Source of the DNA: Candidatus Latescibacterota bacterium
GTDB taxonomy: Bacteria; Latescibacterota; UBA2968; UBA8231
Reading direction: 5' to 3'
Assembly: GCA_965215195.1 (NCBI GenBank)
Contig: CBDCDC010000002.1
Coordinates: 4,128,001-4,192,000, forward strand
Length of the DNA: 64,000 nucleotides
Positions 36,772-46,301 of the stretch are shown in pieces (position 1 is the first letter of the stretch; each line of letters begins with the position of its first letter). A program made the position numbers and the translations under genes. The notes beneath the pieces were generated by a model that was given only the letters and a program-made list of their open reading frames with translations, did no database searches and was not told where the DNA came from.

Positions 36772-36925
36772 ATGACCAGACAGTGGACAGCAATTATTGA
36801 ACGCGAAGGCGATGGTTACGTCGCCCTCTGCTCTGAATTTGAAGGAGACATTGGAGTTGTTTTTCGAGACGGCTTCAGCCACCGAAATTCAGTATCGGCT
36901 GCACGAGGAAGTGAACCGTGAGTGA
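36772..36925 (+). pseudogene. HicB antitoxin remnant with an internal deletion
   Basis: MTRQWTAIIEREGDGYVALCSEF then, out of frame, KETLELFFETAS..EI..RLHEEV; the central SQG segment is missing. Confidence 0.7.
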
Positions 36926-36993
36926 AGGTTGGGTGCTCAATGCCTCGCCGCTTGTTGCCCTAGCCAAAATCAGACGTAAAAGGAGCCAAAGCC

Positions 36994-38046
36994 ATGTTAA
37001 AACGCTTGCAGATACGAAACTTCCGCGGCTTCAATGCGCTCAAAATCGACCAATTGAGCAGTATTAACCTCATCGCCGGAAAGAATAATTCCGGCAAGAC
37101 CAGTTTACTTGAGGCAGTTTTTCTGCTGTCTGGAGGCGGGGACGCAAGTCTAGCAAAAAATGTCAACATTATTCGCGGCTTGGAACTGGATAGTAGAGTA
37201 TCGCCAGTTATGATTGGGCCCTTGTGGAAACAGCTCTTCTCTGATCTGGATATGGAACGGGCCATTGAGATTGAGGGCGAGCATACGACGCATGGTCAAT
37301 TTACTTTGAAAATTACATCCGGGCGACAAGCCACTCCTGAGACTGCTCTTGATCTTATAGAAGAAACTTCGGTGCCAGACCATTTCAGCGAGCGTCCACT
37401 CACATTTCAGTATATCGATCCTTCAGGGAAACGTGTGGAAAGTCAGATACGTGTGAAGGGACAGGAATTTGAAATCAACCAGCCTACTACAAATGCCCCT
37501 TTTATTGCGGCAATTCTCTTGTCTCGAGGTAGAAATATCTATGAAGATGCTACGAGGCTGGGACAATTGAGAAGGAAGAAACAGGGATCTCTACTATTAG
37601 AAGCACTACAAGTTATCGACCCAAAACTGCAAAGCATTGAGGAAAATTCCTCCAGCGGCACCTCCATGATCTGGGGGGATATTGGGTTGTCCGAACTAGT
37701 GCCGCTGCCAGCAATGGGCGAAGGCATGACCCAACTCGCCCGGATCGTTTTGGCCATAGCTTTCATACCGGATGGCGTCGTTCTGGTGGATGAGGTTGAA
37801 AACGGCATTCACCACTCCGTACTGCCCGATGTCTGGCGGGCCATTGACGAAGCGGCCAAGCAGTTCCGTACGCAGGTTTTTGCGACCACGCATAGTCTTG
37901 AATGCGTGATGGCAGCGCATGAATCCCTGAGTGCCGACAGGTTTCGCCTGCATAGGCTTGAAATCGCCGACAGAAAGAGTCGCTGTGTCACCTACGAACC
38001 TGATGCAATCGCTGCCGCAATCCGACACAACCTTGAGGTTCGATAG
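36994..38046 (+). CDS. AAA_15/AAA_21 ABC-type ATPase
   Basis: IRNFRGF, GKNNSGKTS, MGEG, LVDEVENGIH, TTHS. Confidence 0.88.
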   Translation: MLKRLQIRNFRGFNALKIDQLSSINLIAGKNNSGKTSLLEAVFLLSGGGDASLAKNVNIIRGLELDSRVSPVMIGPLWKQLFSDLDMERAIEIEGEHTTHGQFTLKITSGRQATPETALDLIEETSVPDHFSERPLTFQYIDPSGKRVESQIRVKGQEFEINQPTTNAPFIAAILLSRGRNIYEDATRLGQLRRKKQGSLLLEALQVIDPKLQSIEENSSSGTSMIWGDIGLSELVPLPAMGEGMTQLARIVLAIAFIPDGVVLVDEVENGIHHSVLPDVWRAIDEAAKQFRTQVFATTHSLECVMAAHESLSADRFRLHRLEIADRKSRCVTYEPDAIAAAIRHNLEVR

Positions 38047-38048
38047 GT

Positions 38049-38675
38049 ATGCCAAGAGCAAAAGAAATCAAATCGGCAATCCAGCTTCTCGTTGAAGGCA
38101 ATGACCAGCGCAATTTCTTTGAAGCGTTTATCAAACATCTATCGCTTGCAAATGTCCAGATTCAGAATTTCGGGGGTGTGAGTGAGTTGGGTGGTTTTCT
38201 ACAGGCGTTTGTGAAGGCACCGGGCTTCCAGACGACCGTCCAGAGTCTCGGCATCGTGCGGGATGCGGAAACGTCTGCCGGAGGAGCGTTCCAAAGCGTT
38301 CAGTCGGCACTGCGGAATGCCAAACTATCTGTGCCGGACAATTCCAAAGAACGCACGGACACTAGTCCAGCAGTAACGGTACTGATACTGCCCGGCGACA
38401 ATCGCCAAGGGATGCTTGAGACGTTACTTTGCGAGAGCTTTGCGGCTACGCCGGTGGAGGACTGCATCAATGACTTTTTCAAGTGTGTCGAATCGTTGCC
38501 GGATATGTCCATGAAGAACCCAGACAAGGCCCGTGCCCATGTCTATCTGACCACAAAGCCCAACCCTCATTTTTCCGTAGGCGTGGCCGCAAAGAATGAC
38601 TACTGGGATTTGAATCACAGCGTCTTCAGCCCGGTCCGCGATTTTCTACAAAGGATAGCTGCCAGTGCTGTGTGA
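38049..38675 (+). CDS. DUF3226 (TOPRIM-like) protein
   Basis: LLVEGND, GIVRDAE, LPG..QGMLETL, KARAH; starts 2 bp after the ATPase. Confidence 0.75.
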   Translation: MPRAKEIKSAIQLLVEGNDQRNFFEAFIKHLSLANVQIQNFGGVSELGGFLQAFVKAPGFQTTVQSLGIVRDAETSAGGAFQSVQSALRNAKLSVPDNSKERTDTSPAVTVLILPGDNRQGMLETLLCESFAATPVEDCINDFFKCVESLPDMSMKNPDKARAHVYLTTKPNPHFSVGVAAKNDYWDLNHSVFSPVRDFLQRIAASAV

Positions 38676-38720
38676 GCGACCACAGGAAAGATGGAATCAG
38701 CCGGAAGCTCCGTTGAGGGA

Positions 38721-39410
38721 TCAAGGGACTAAAGGCTGAAAATCCGCGCTACTCATTGGTTCGTGCTTATCCCAGCAGCCGTACATCTCAATCAATACGC
38801 GCTGCTTCAACAGGAAAGGTTGATGGTTAATCCGCACCACTTTCGCCCCGAATTTACCAAGCCCTTCGGCGCTCGCCGCAACCAAATCTTCCACCAAGTA
38901 ACGCGGTGCCCATCCGATCATACAGTAATCCGTCGTCTGAATTTGCACGGCCAACCCGGTCGCCGGATTGGTCAATTCCAGTGTGACGTACAGCTCTTCT
39001 CCGTGCTCGAGGCGGCCAATTCGATCGTTAGCCGCGTCATTGATATGTCGCCAGCCATGCAGGAAGAACCGGCAAGAGAAGCCCCCGGTGTCGTCCTTCT
39101 CGATCTTTGGAAAAACCTCGTAAGCGTCCGTTACGCGGTGGCCTCCGTTGGTGGACAAAATCTCAACGGGGTCCGCTTCCTCGGTTAGATCAAGGCGGTC
39201 AAGGTAGTCGGTAAAGTCCGGCCTTGTCCGATTCATAACCCGGTTTTGGAATAGCGGAAACAGCTCCGCGGACTGATAATCTTCGTTCAAGTCGGGAAAA
39301 TCGATCAACAGAGGAAACCCCACTTCTTCTTGTGCTCGCTTGCGGAAGCGATAGAGCGAACCTTCGACATCAGCATCCAGCCGACCTACCGGGAACCATG
39401 CTTGGCTCGG
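38721..39410 (-). pseudogene. HipS-like/HIRAN protein copy 1 (N-terminus replaced by an IS630 end, small internal deletion)
   Basis: WFPVGRL, LFPLFQNRVM..RPDF, TDAYEVFP, FFLHGWRH, IGWAPRYL. Confidence 0.7.
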
Positions 39411-39418
39411 CTTAATAG

Positions 39419-39459
39419 AAAAAACCATGAAACTTCTCAAGTCATTTAGGACTGCTATA
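39419..39459 (-). mobile_element. Isolated IS630 terminal sequence
   Basis: 41 bp matching 12076-12116 with 2 mismatches. Confidence 0.8.
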
Positions 39460-39521
39460 TCGCTCAAGCTCTCCGGTTTTAATGATGTGGGTATGATCCA
39501 TATTATACAGAATCCTATTCT

Positions 39522-41090
39522 TTAGAGTTTTCCCGATGGTCGGAAAGTCACGGGAGTACCGTTCGCCGCTCTTGCCTCGATACGCTCGCTAATATCCGCC
39601 GCGACCTCAAGGACTTCCGCAGGTGCGCGAATCTCCTCGCCGGTGCGCTGTCGCAGGGCAACGACGAGGGGTGCCAATGCGTCGGATTTCGACTTGTTGC
39701 TCGACAGGGTTTCGATAAATTCGTGCGTTGAGGCACCGGTTGCGATCAAGTTAGGCACAAGCCATAGTATCTCATGCATCGCAATTTCTTTGTTCGGTAG
39801 GAACGCGGCATACGCGGAGCGGAACGTCTCCATGGTAGCCGGATATTCTATTCCTTCTCGAATGACCTGCGCTTCCGCCGCCTCCGAAGTCAGCCACCCA
39901 GACATCTGGTACAATTCGCCCATCCCGTAAAATGCTACCATGAAGCGGATCAGGTTTTCTACAACAGCCGCCTCGTCGCGCTCGCGTCGCAGCTTGTAGT
40001 AGATGCTGTAGAGACGTTCCGCAGCGGCGTAAAGCCGCTTCTTGCCGCTTCCCTCCACGATGACCATACCCCGGATGGCAAGCCGGCCGAGTAGAGTCGA
40101 TACGGTTCGGACATCCATGCGCGCCCGCGCCGCGATCTCGCCCGTGCTTGACGGTTGCCAAAGGTCAATCACCGCGATATACACGCGGCGTTCGCCCTTA
40201 GCCAATACCTCTAGGTGGCCACGGAAGTACTCGGTGTGCTCGTCAATCAACTCCACCAGTTCTTCCATCAACTGGCGCAAGGAGCGGTGCCGCTTGAAAC
40301 TGGCGGCAATGACCAAGAGGCGAGGACTGCCGCCGGTTAGGATTTCGAGTGGCCTGATCTCACGTTCGCGTACCGCGTCACCGCTGACGACCTGCCACAG
40401 ACGGCGGCATTCTTCGGTGACGAGCGGTTCTAAAGCGACGATTCGGAATAGCTCGAAGAATGGCTGCTCCGCGTCGTCCAGCCCCTCGAAGCGACTCGTG
40501 GCAGTGGCAAGCAGCATGATCTGGGGTTCCGATTGCAGTGCGCCGCGCAGTCCCCAGCCGAAATCTTTGTCCACGCTTCCGCAGAGCGCTTGTAGGTTTT
40601 CGACCATGAGGACAAGTTTTTTGTTCAGCCGGTCCGCCGCTTCCAAGACAGCAGCACGGACGCGGTCTGCGAGTGCCTCCTCGTGCCAGCGATTGGTCAG
40701 GTCGGCGTGCGTTTCTTGCAACTCCGCAGCGAGTACGGGATCGTGCTTGGTGCTCTCCCGCGAAAGGTGGAACAAGGTGTCGAGCCAGAAATCGGCGAAA
40801 TTGAATATTTCGTGACTTTCTTCCATGAAGCGAACTGGCAAAAGACTCTCGGAGAGCTCATGGTCAGTGCGCAACTCCGCAGCAACCCGAGCTAGCAGCA
40901 TGGTCTTTCCTCGCCCGCGAGGCGCGACGACCACAACGTGCTGGCACGATGGTGAATCAATGTTCCCACGGAGGATCTCAAGCGCGATGTCGAGTTCGCG
41001 TTTTCTGACCACGAACTGCTCTATCACTTCCTCGTCGGATTGGAACGTCCCCGGATTGAACTTGCGGATTGGTCGATCGGATTTGTTCAT
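39522..41090 (-). CDS. STAND-like AAA ATPase with wHTH, probably missing an internal TPR region
   Basis: APRGRGKT, LMVEN Walker B variant, LTGGSPR, and EIAARARM..TVSTLLGRL wHTH. Confidence 0.75.
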   Translation of the reverse strand: MNKSDRPIRKFNPGTFQSDEEVIEQFVVRKRELDIALEILRGNIDSPSCQHVVVVAPRGRGKTMLLARVAAELRTDHELSESLLPVRFMEESHEIFNFADFWLDTLFHLSRESTKHDPVLAAELQETHADLTNRWHEEALADRVRAAVLEAADRLNKKLVLMVENLQALCGSVDKDFGWGLRGALQSEPQIMLLATATSRFEGLDDAEQPFFELFRIVALEPLVTEECRRLWQVVSGDAVREREIRPLEILTGGSPRLLVIAASFKRHRSLRQLMEELVELIDEHTEYFRGHLEVLAKGERRVYIAVIDLWQPSSTGEIAARARMDVRTVSTLLGRLAIRGMVIVEGSGKKRLYAAAERLYSIYYKLRRERDEAAVVENLIRFMVAFYGMGELYQMSGWLTSEAAEAQVIREGIEYPATMETFRSAYAAFLPNKEIAMHEILWLVPNLIATGASTHEFIETLSSNKSKSDALAPLVVALRQRTGEEIRAPAEVLEVAADISERIEARAANGTPVTFRPSGKL

Positions 41091-42331
41091 GGCGCGTCTC
41101 CCGGTGATCCGTTTTCAGACCGGCGGCTTTCGAGGGGTCTATGGTGATCGCGGAAACGCGCCGACCACCAGTCTTGCAGCAAGCGCGATGGGAAGCGATG
41201 GCCAGCGTCGCCGGCTTTAAGATAGCCGTCGTGCATCAGGATTTCGAGTGTATCCGCAATACGGCCCGGTGCATCGTCAACCACCTTGGAGTACAGCCGT
41301 TCGAGGCAACGCCGTGCGCTTGGCGTGAATACCTCTTGGGTAGCGGCCTCGGCGAGGATCACCATGGCGATGGTGTGGCTCTCATCTTCCAACGCCTCCT
41401 TGAGGCGCGTCTCGTAGTGTACGAGATCATTTTGTCCCGAAGGCCCGAGGAGTTCCGTGCGATAGACCTCCCCGACGCCCTCTACTGTCACTTGGTCGCG
41501 GCCCTGCATAGTGGCGTGGTCCCGCAGCCGTGCAAAGAAGGACTGCACATGGTGGGGAATACCGACGCCGAGCGCATCGTACACCGCGTTTGCCACGCCG
41601 TCCTCGACCCGTAATCCGCAACTCTTTGCGAGACGTTGGAAGCATTCAGTGCTAGTGTCTCGGTCCCACGGCCCCAAGCGAAAAGGATCTAGATGGTTTA
41701 TACGGTCGGGTATGCCGAGCCGCTTTACGAGAGGAGCAAGCCCGATGCTGCCGGATATGATGAGGACCGGGGAGCCGTCTCCGATGCTTTGAAGAACTCC
41801 TCGCAACCAACTCAGGAACTCGTCGACCCGTTGGACGCCATTTTCCCCGCGAAGCACACGCTTGAGGAATATCGGCAACTCGTCGATGACGAGGAGCACC
41901 GGCTTGTCCTGCTCGGCGCATGCACGGAGCAATTGCTCCCCTTGGTGTCGCCAGCTTCCGGCATTTAGGCCGGCGCGGAACTTAGTGCGAAATTCGTATG
42001 CGCTGATTTCCTCAATGCTGTCGCTCAACCAGCGCTTCAGCCCGGTGGCAAAGCGCGACGAGATTGAGCGGACGGGATGCACGGCCTGTGCTATATCCGC
42101 GATCGCGTCCTCCGCGCAGGTCGCTCCCTCGACATCGGCGAAGAGGAAGACCCAACCCTCAGTCTCAAGCCGTCGCCCGAGTTCTCGGGCAACACTGGTC
42201 TTGCCCATGCGCCGCTGTCCGGTCAACAATACGTGATTACGGTCGCGGACCCGCGTCCCCAGTATCCGCAACTCGCGCTCGCGATTGAAAAAGTCGCCGC
42301 CGCTTACCCAGCGGCCGGTCGATGATCTCAT
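41087..42331 (-). CDS. STAND-like/archaeal-type ATPase
   Basis: FFNREREL, GQRRMGKTS, VIDELP, SGSIGL, GIPHHVQ, LQDWW; GGAGG RBS; ATGA overlap with the next gene. Confidence 0.82.
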   Translation of the reverse strand: MRSSTGRWVSGGDFFNRERELRILGTRVRDRNHVLLTGQRRMGKTSVARELGRRLETEGWVFLFADVEGATCAEDAIADIAQAVHPVRSISSRFATGLKRWLSDSIEEISAYEFRTKFRAGLNAGSWRHQGEQLLRACAEQDKPVLLVIDELPIFLKRVLRGENGVQRVDEFLSWLRGVLQSIGDGSPVLIISGSIGLAPLVKRLGIPDRINHLDPFRLGPWDRDTSTECFQRLAKSCGLRVEDGVANAVYDALGVGIPHHVQSFFARLRDHATMQGRDQVTVEGVGEVYRTELLGPSGQNDLVHYETRLKEALEDESHTIAMVILAEAATQEVFTPSARRCLERLYSKVVDDAPGRIADTLEILMHDGYLKAGDAGHRFPSRLLQDWWSARFRDHHRPLESRRSENGSPGDAP

Positions 42332-42341
42332 GGTGCCTCCC

Positions 42342-42423
42342 TTATTCAACAGAATGATTGACAACGAAATTGTTGAAAAACATAGAACTCAACAATCTCG
42401 TTGTCAACCGATTTGTTGAATAA
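42342..42423 (-). promoter_or_regulatory. Long inverted repeat enclosing the promoter of the ATPase pair
   Basis: 35-bp imperfect arms TTATTCAACA..TTGACAACGA.ATTGTTGA with a 12-nt loop; minus-strand TTGACA (42407-42402) -N17- TATGTT. Confidence 0.75.
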
Positions 42424-42486
42424 ATCGCAAGGCGGTACATCTTGCCTATCCGTGAGATGCAGTTTTCCGGGTCGGTTGGTGAGCGA

Positions 42487-43121
42487 TCAAGGGACTAAAG
42501 GCTGAAAATCCGCGCTGCTCATTGGTTCGTGATTATCCCAGCAGCCGTACATCTCAATCAATCCGCGCTGCTTCAACAGGAAAGGTTGATGGTTAATCCG
42601 CACCACTTTCGCCCCGAATTTACCAAACCCTTCGGCGCTCGCCGCAACCAAATCTTCCACCAAGTAACGCGGTGCCCATCCGATCATACAGTAATCCGTC
42701 GTCTGAATTTGCACGGCCAACCCGGTCGCAGGATTGGTCAATTCCAGTGTGACGTACAGCTCTTCTCCGTGCTCAAGGCGGCCAATTCGATCTTTAGCCG
42801 CGTCATTGATATGTCGCCAGCCATGCAGGAAGAACCGGCAAGAGAAGCCCCCGGTGTCGTCTTTCTCGATCTTTGGAAAAACCTCGTAAGCGTCCGTTAC
42901 GCGGTGGCCTCCGTTGGTGGACAAAATCTCAACGGGGTCCGCTTCCTCGGTTAGATCAAGGCGGTCAAGGTAGTCGGTAAAGTCCGGCCTTGTCCGATTC
43001 ATAACCCGGTTTTGGAATAGCGGAAACAGCTCCGCGGACTGATAATCTTCGTTCAAGTCGGGAAAATCGATCAACAGAGGAAACCCCACCTCTTCTTGTG
43101 CTCGCTTTGCGCCGCCGATTC
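42487..43121 (-). pseudogene. HipS-like/HIRAN protein copy 2 (5' truncated)
   Basis: About 620 bp near-identical to 38721-39341. Confidence 0.75.
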
Positions 43122-43224
43122 GCGCCGCGTCCTTTTCGCCAATGCGATTTTGAAAGCAACTTTCTACTAGTAGCTTAGCACGTCCGCAAAAACAGCCGCC
43201 ACCCGCGAACTGACGCTTCCCCAA

Positions 43225-43851
43225 TCAGGCCGTCGGCCTCTGCTCCAAGTCCAGTTCCGCGGAATCACGTGCAGACGCAAGCTCCGCTCCCGGTCTGGAC
43301 GGTTCCATGAACGTAATGGCCTCGTAGAAGTCGTCTAACGCGACAAATATGCCGTTTTCTTGCGCCCATCTGCGCATCCGCTGGTTGCAAGAATGCGCCC
43401 ATGACAGGATTTCCACCCGCCACCCGCGCTTGTGCATGCGCTCCAACGTGCTGTGAAAACCCGCGCCTTCGAGATAGCCGGCACCGTCGCCCGTCAGCAA
43501 CACCACGATGCCGGGATTGCCGTTGTAATCCAGCGCATCTTCCAGCATGCGCAACTGCAATACTCGGTCGGGCATTTCCTGTTCGCCGCGCCCGGAACTG
43601 CCTCGGTCAAACAGTTGAACTTCTACCTCCTTGCCTTCTATTCGGTTCCACAACTGGCGCATTTCTGGCGGCACCGAGCCGGTGGCAAGGGCCTTTTTCA
43701 GTGGGCGATCGGCGTGCGCTAGGCGCAGTATATTGTCAAAGTTGACGCGCACGCGGTAACGGGCATTGGCACCTTCACGTCGTTCTTCCGCCAGCCGTTG
43801 TGCCTCGTGGAAGATGTTGGAGTTGTCCCAATAAATGAAAACACTGTTCAT
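43225..43851 (-). CDS. NYN-domain (PIN-like) protein
   Basis: IYWDNSNI, LLTGDG, GWRVEILSW, FVALDD. Confidence 0.85.
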   Translation of the reverse strand: MNSVFIYWDNSNIFHEAQRLAEERREGANARYRVRVNFDNILRLAHADRPLKKALATGSVPPEMRQLWNRIEGKEVEVQLFDRGSSGRGEQEMPDRVLQLRMLEDALDYNGNPGIVVLLTGDGAGYLEGAGFHSTLERMHKRGWRVEILSWAHSCNQRMRRWAQENGIFVALDDFYEAITFMEPSRPGAELASARDSAELDLEQRPTA

Positions 43852-43882
43852 GCTGGATTGCCTCCTCGCACCCGCTGGCTGA

Positions 43883-44016
43883 AAACCCCCGGCGGACCGT
43901 ATTGCGCAGCGGTCGAGAGGGCCTCGGATGGAGTGCTTTTCGAGGGCGAGACGTCCTCGATCCGGGGTGCTTTGATCCGTTTGAGAGACCGAACTCGGAA
44001 TTTTAGACCGCTTCTA
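43883..44016. repeat. Partial MITE of the AGAAGCGGTCT-ended family, inverted relative to 45358-45456
   Basis: AAACCCCCGGCGGACCG...AGAGGGCCTCGGA and CGGAATTT.AGACCGCTTCT match the reverse complement of 45358-45456. Confidence 0.75.
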
Positions 44017-44067
44017 ACATACCGAGGCGACTCGACAATGGGAGACCTTCTGCTTGGAAGCGGCTTC

Positions 44068-45342
44068 CTACCAGTAGCTCAGGGCATCCGCGAAAACCGC
44101 CGCCAGTTCCTCGGCGTCGGCCGCGCGCGGCGAGAGCTTGGTTACTCGGTGTTGCGGCAGCGTACCCTCGACGAGGGCCGGGATGTGCTGGTGGCCGTAG
44201 CCGAGTGCGCTGAGGCCGTTGGGTGCGCCGAGTTGGCGCATCAGCGAGACGATGCGGTCGGCCAAGATCGCGCCCGCATCCTCGCGCTTAGCCCCGCTGC
44301 AATCGGCCCCCAAGACCGCAGCCGCCCGCAGATGCCGCTGAGGACAAGCCGGCGCGGTGAAGCGAAAGACCGCGGGCGAGTTGACGATCACGGCAAACCC
44401 GTGCGGCACTAGCGGGTAATCAATGGCATATCCCTCGGGCACATAGCTTTCCACCATGCCAGCCACCGGATAGGACATGCCGTGCGGCAAGTGGACGCCG
44501 GCGTTGCCAAAGCCAATGCCGGCGAGGGCGGCCGCCAAGCTCATCGCGCTGCGGGCCTCGTCGTCGCTTGAGTCGGCCACGGCGCGGAGCAGAAATTGCG
44601 CCACCAAGCGCAAAGCCTCCAACGCCCACAAGTCGCTGATGGGATTTGCGCCTTGGTAGGCCGGTCGCAGTTGGGGCCGGTCGGGTCGGGGCCGCTGGTC
44701 AAACGGCAGGGCCGTGTAGGACTCCAAGGCGTGCGAGAGCACGTCGAGGCCGGTTGCAGCGGCCACCTGCGGCGGCATGGAGCGCGTGTTGTCTGGATCG
44801 ACGATTCCCAAGGTCGGGCGCATGTAGCGGTGGGCCATGCCGGTCTTGGCCTTCATCTCCACGAAATCGAAAATCGCCACGCCCGTGGTCTCGCTGCCGG
44901 TGCCAGCGGTCGTGGGAACGGCGATCAGGGGCTTGAGCGGGCCGGGCACTGGCTCACCCCGGCCAATGGGCGCGTTGACGTAGGTGAGGAAATCGGCCGG
45001 GTACGTGGTGTACACGTTGGCTGCTTTGGCCGTGTCCATCACCGACCCCCCGCCGACCGCGACGAACCCGTCAAACCCTTGTTGGGCGTACGCAATCGCT
45101 GCTTTGAACGAGGCGTCCGTTGGCTCGACGCGCACTTGGTCGAACAGCGCGTACTCGACGCCCGCTTCGGCAATGGCGGCCAAGGCTGTCTGCACTGGCA
45201 CTTGCTCGCGCAAGTTTGGGTCGGTCAACACCATGACCCGCTTCAGCCCCCGGTCCTTTAGATCCATGCCGATCTCCTTGGTGGTGCCCGGGCCGAAGCG
45301 GATGTTGGAGGTGGCGATTTCGTACGCGGTGTCAAAAAGCAT
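44068..45342 (-). CDS. Hydroxyacid-oxoacid transhydrogenase (Fe-ADH family)
   Basis: GGGSVMDTAKA, YVNAPIGRG.P, PTTAGTGSETTG, GFGNAGVHLPHGMSYPV, GTLPQHRV. Confidence 0.9.
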   Translation of the reverse strand: MLFDTAYEIATSNIRFGPGTTKEIGMDLKDRGLKRVMVLTDPNLREQVPVQTALAAIAEAGVEYALFDQVRVEPTDASFKAAIAYAQQGFDGFVAVGGGSVMDTAKAANVYTTYPADFLTYVNAPIGRGEPVPGPLKPLIAVPTTAGTGSETTGVAIFDFVEMKAKTGMAHRYMRPTLGIVDPDNTRSMPPQVAAATGLDVLSHALESYTALPFDQRPRPDRPQLRPAYQGANPISDLWALEALRLVAQFLLRAVADSSDDEARSAMSLAAALAGIGFGNAGVHLPHGMSYPVAGMVESYVPEGYAIDYPLVPHGFAVIVNSPAVFRFTAPACPQRHLRAAAVLGADCSGAKREDAGAILADRIVSLMRQLGAPNGLSALGYGHQHIPALVEGTLPQHRVTKLSPRAADAEELAAVFADALSYW

Positions 45343-45357
45343 GATATAGCAATCCTC

Positions 45358-45515
45358 AGAAGCGGTCTGAAAATTCCGGGTAGCGTCCCTTGTGTGCAAG
45401 GGCGGCTCGCTCCGAGGCCCTCTTGACCGCTGCTCAACGCGGTCCGCCGGGGGTTTGTCGCGCCTAAAAGCCTGCGCCCGTGAAAACGGGAGGCGCGGTG
45501 AAGCAGACCGCTTCT
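45358..45515. mobile_element. 158-bp MITE with perfect 12-bp TIRs
   Basis: AGAAGCGGTCTG (45358-45369) ... CAGACCGCTTCT (45504-45515). Confidence 0.75.
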
Positions 45516-45526
45516 ATCTAAATGAC

Positions 45527-45678
45527 CTTAGTACCCGACCCCTAAAGTAGGCGCCCCTTACTTTGAGTACGCCTTTTCTGCTGTTTCCGATGGGTGCGGG
45601 ATCGAGGGCGTCCCGTCCTCGCCGAGGGCAAGATGCCCTCGATCCTTGGCAGGCTGAGGGCTGGTGTCGTGTAGTAAG
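45527..45678. mobile_element. MITE related to 7853/17759, with the same ends and the internal palindrome inverted
   Basis: CTTAGTACCCGAC ... GTCGTGTAGTAAG; contains GGGATCGAGGGCGTCCCG...GCCCTCGATCC. Confidence 0.7.
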
Positions 45679-45758
45679 CTAAATGACTAAAAAAATGTGC
45701 AATGTGTACTGCTGGTTAATACGCTGCGATGGCTATCTGCGTCATCTGTAGAACGACG

Positions 45759-46070
45759 CTAGCCGCTAAACGCCTTGAACGCCAGCCCGGCGATTGCCAA
45801 GATCGTCGTTAGCTGGAGCGGTATCATCCAGCGGTATAGCCTGTCAATTTTGGCTTCAAGCGATTCGCGGTGGGCGTCAATTTTGGCTTCAAGCGATTCG
45901 CGATTGGCGTCAGTTTTGGCTTCAAGCGATTCGCGGTGGGCGTCAATTTTGGTTTCGATGCGGCCCAGCCGGGCGTCGATTTGCTCGACAATGCCCTCCA
46001 GTCGGGCGATGCGTCCTTCGTGGTCTAACGGATACGGCCGCTCCGGCGGCGGTGGTAGTTGCTCGCTCAT
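45759..46070 (-). CDS. Small coiled-coil protein with a C-terminal TM anchor (DUF1640/Bdr-like) and 11-aa repeats
   Basis: Repeated KIDAHRESLEA; hydrophobic C-terminus; GGAG RBS. Confidence 0.7.
   Translation of the reverse strand: MSEQLPPPPERPYPLDHEGRIARLEGIVEQIDARLGRIETKIDAHRESLEAKTDANRESLEAKIDAHRESLEAKIDRLYRWMIPLQLTTILAIAGLAFKAFSG
45843..45952. repeat. 33-bp in-frame tandem repeat (about 3.3 units)
   Basis: GTCAATTTTGGCTTCAAGCGATTCGCGGTGGGC units at 45843, 45876 and 45909. Confidence 0.9.
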
Positions 46071-46301
46071 GCTCCTGCCTCCTGTTTGATGGTTAAGGGC
46101 GGGCTGTGTGCGGCCCAAACCTTAAAAAACGTCTCCGCGCCTTCCGAGTTCCCGCCGATCCCGAAAATTCATACCAATCCATCTAAACCGTCTCCCCTAG
46201 TGCTAGAAGGTAGGGCCTAAAATAGGGTTGACTTGGAAGGCCGGGCAAGGTCTAGTTAAAGGCTCTGACAACGGGAGATCGCGGTGGTTGAACGAGCGGA
46301 T

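Noticed and set aside
43798-44412. 204-aa plus-strand ORF
   Set aside because: Spans a MITE and the antisense strands of two real genes.
45843-45952. CRISPR array
   Set aside because: The repeats are contiguous, in frame and have no spacers; no cas genes.
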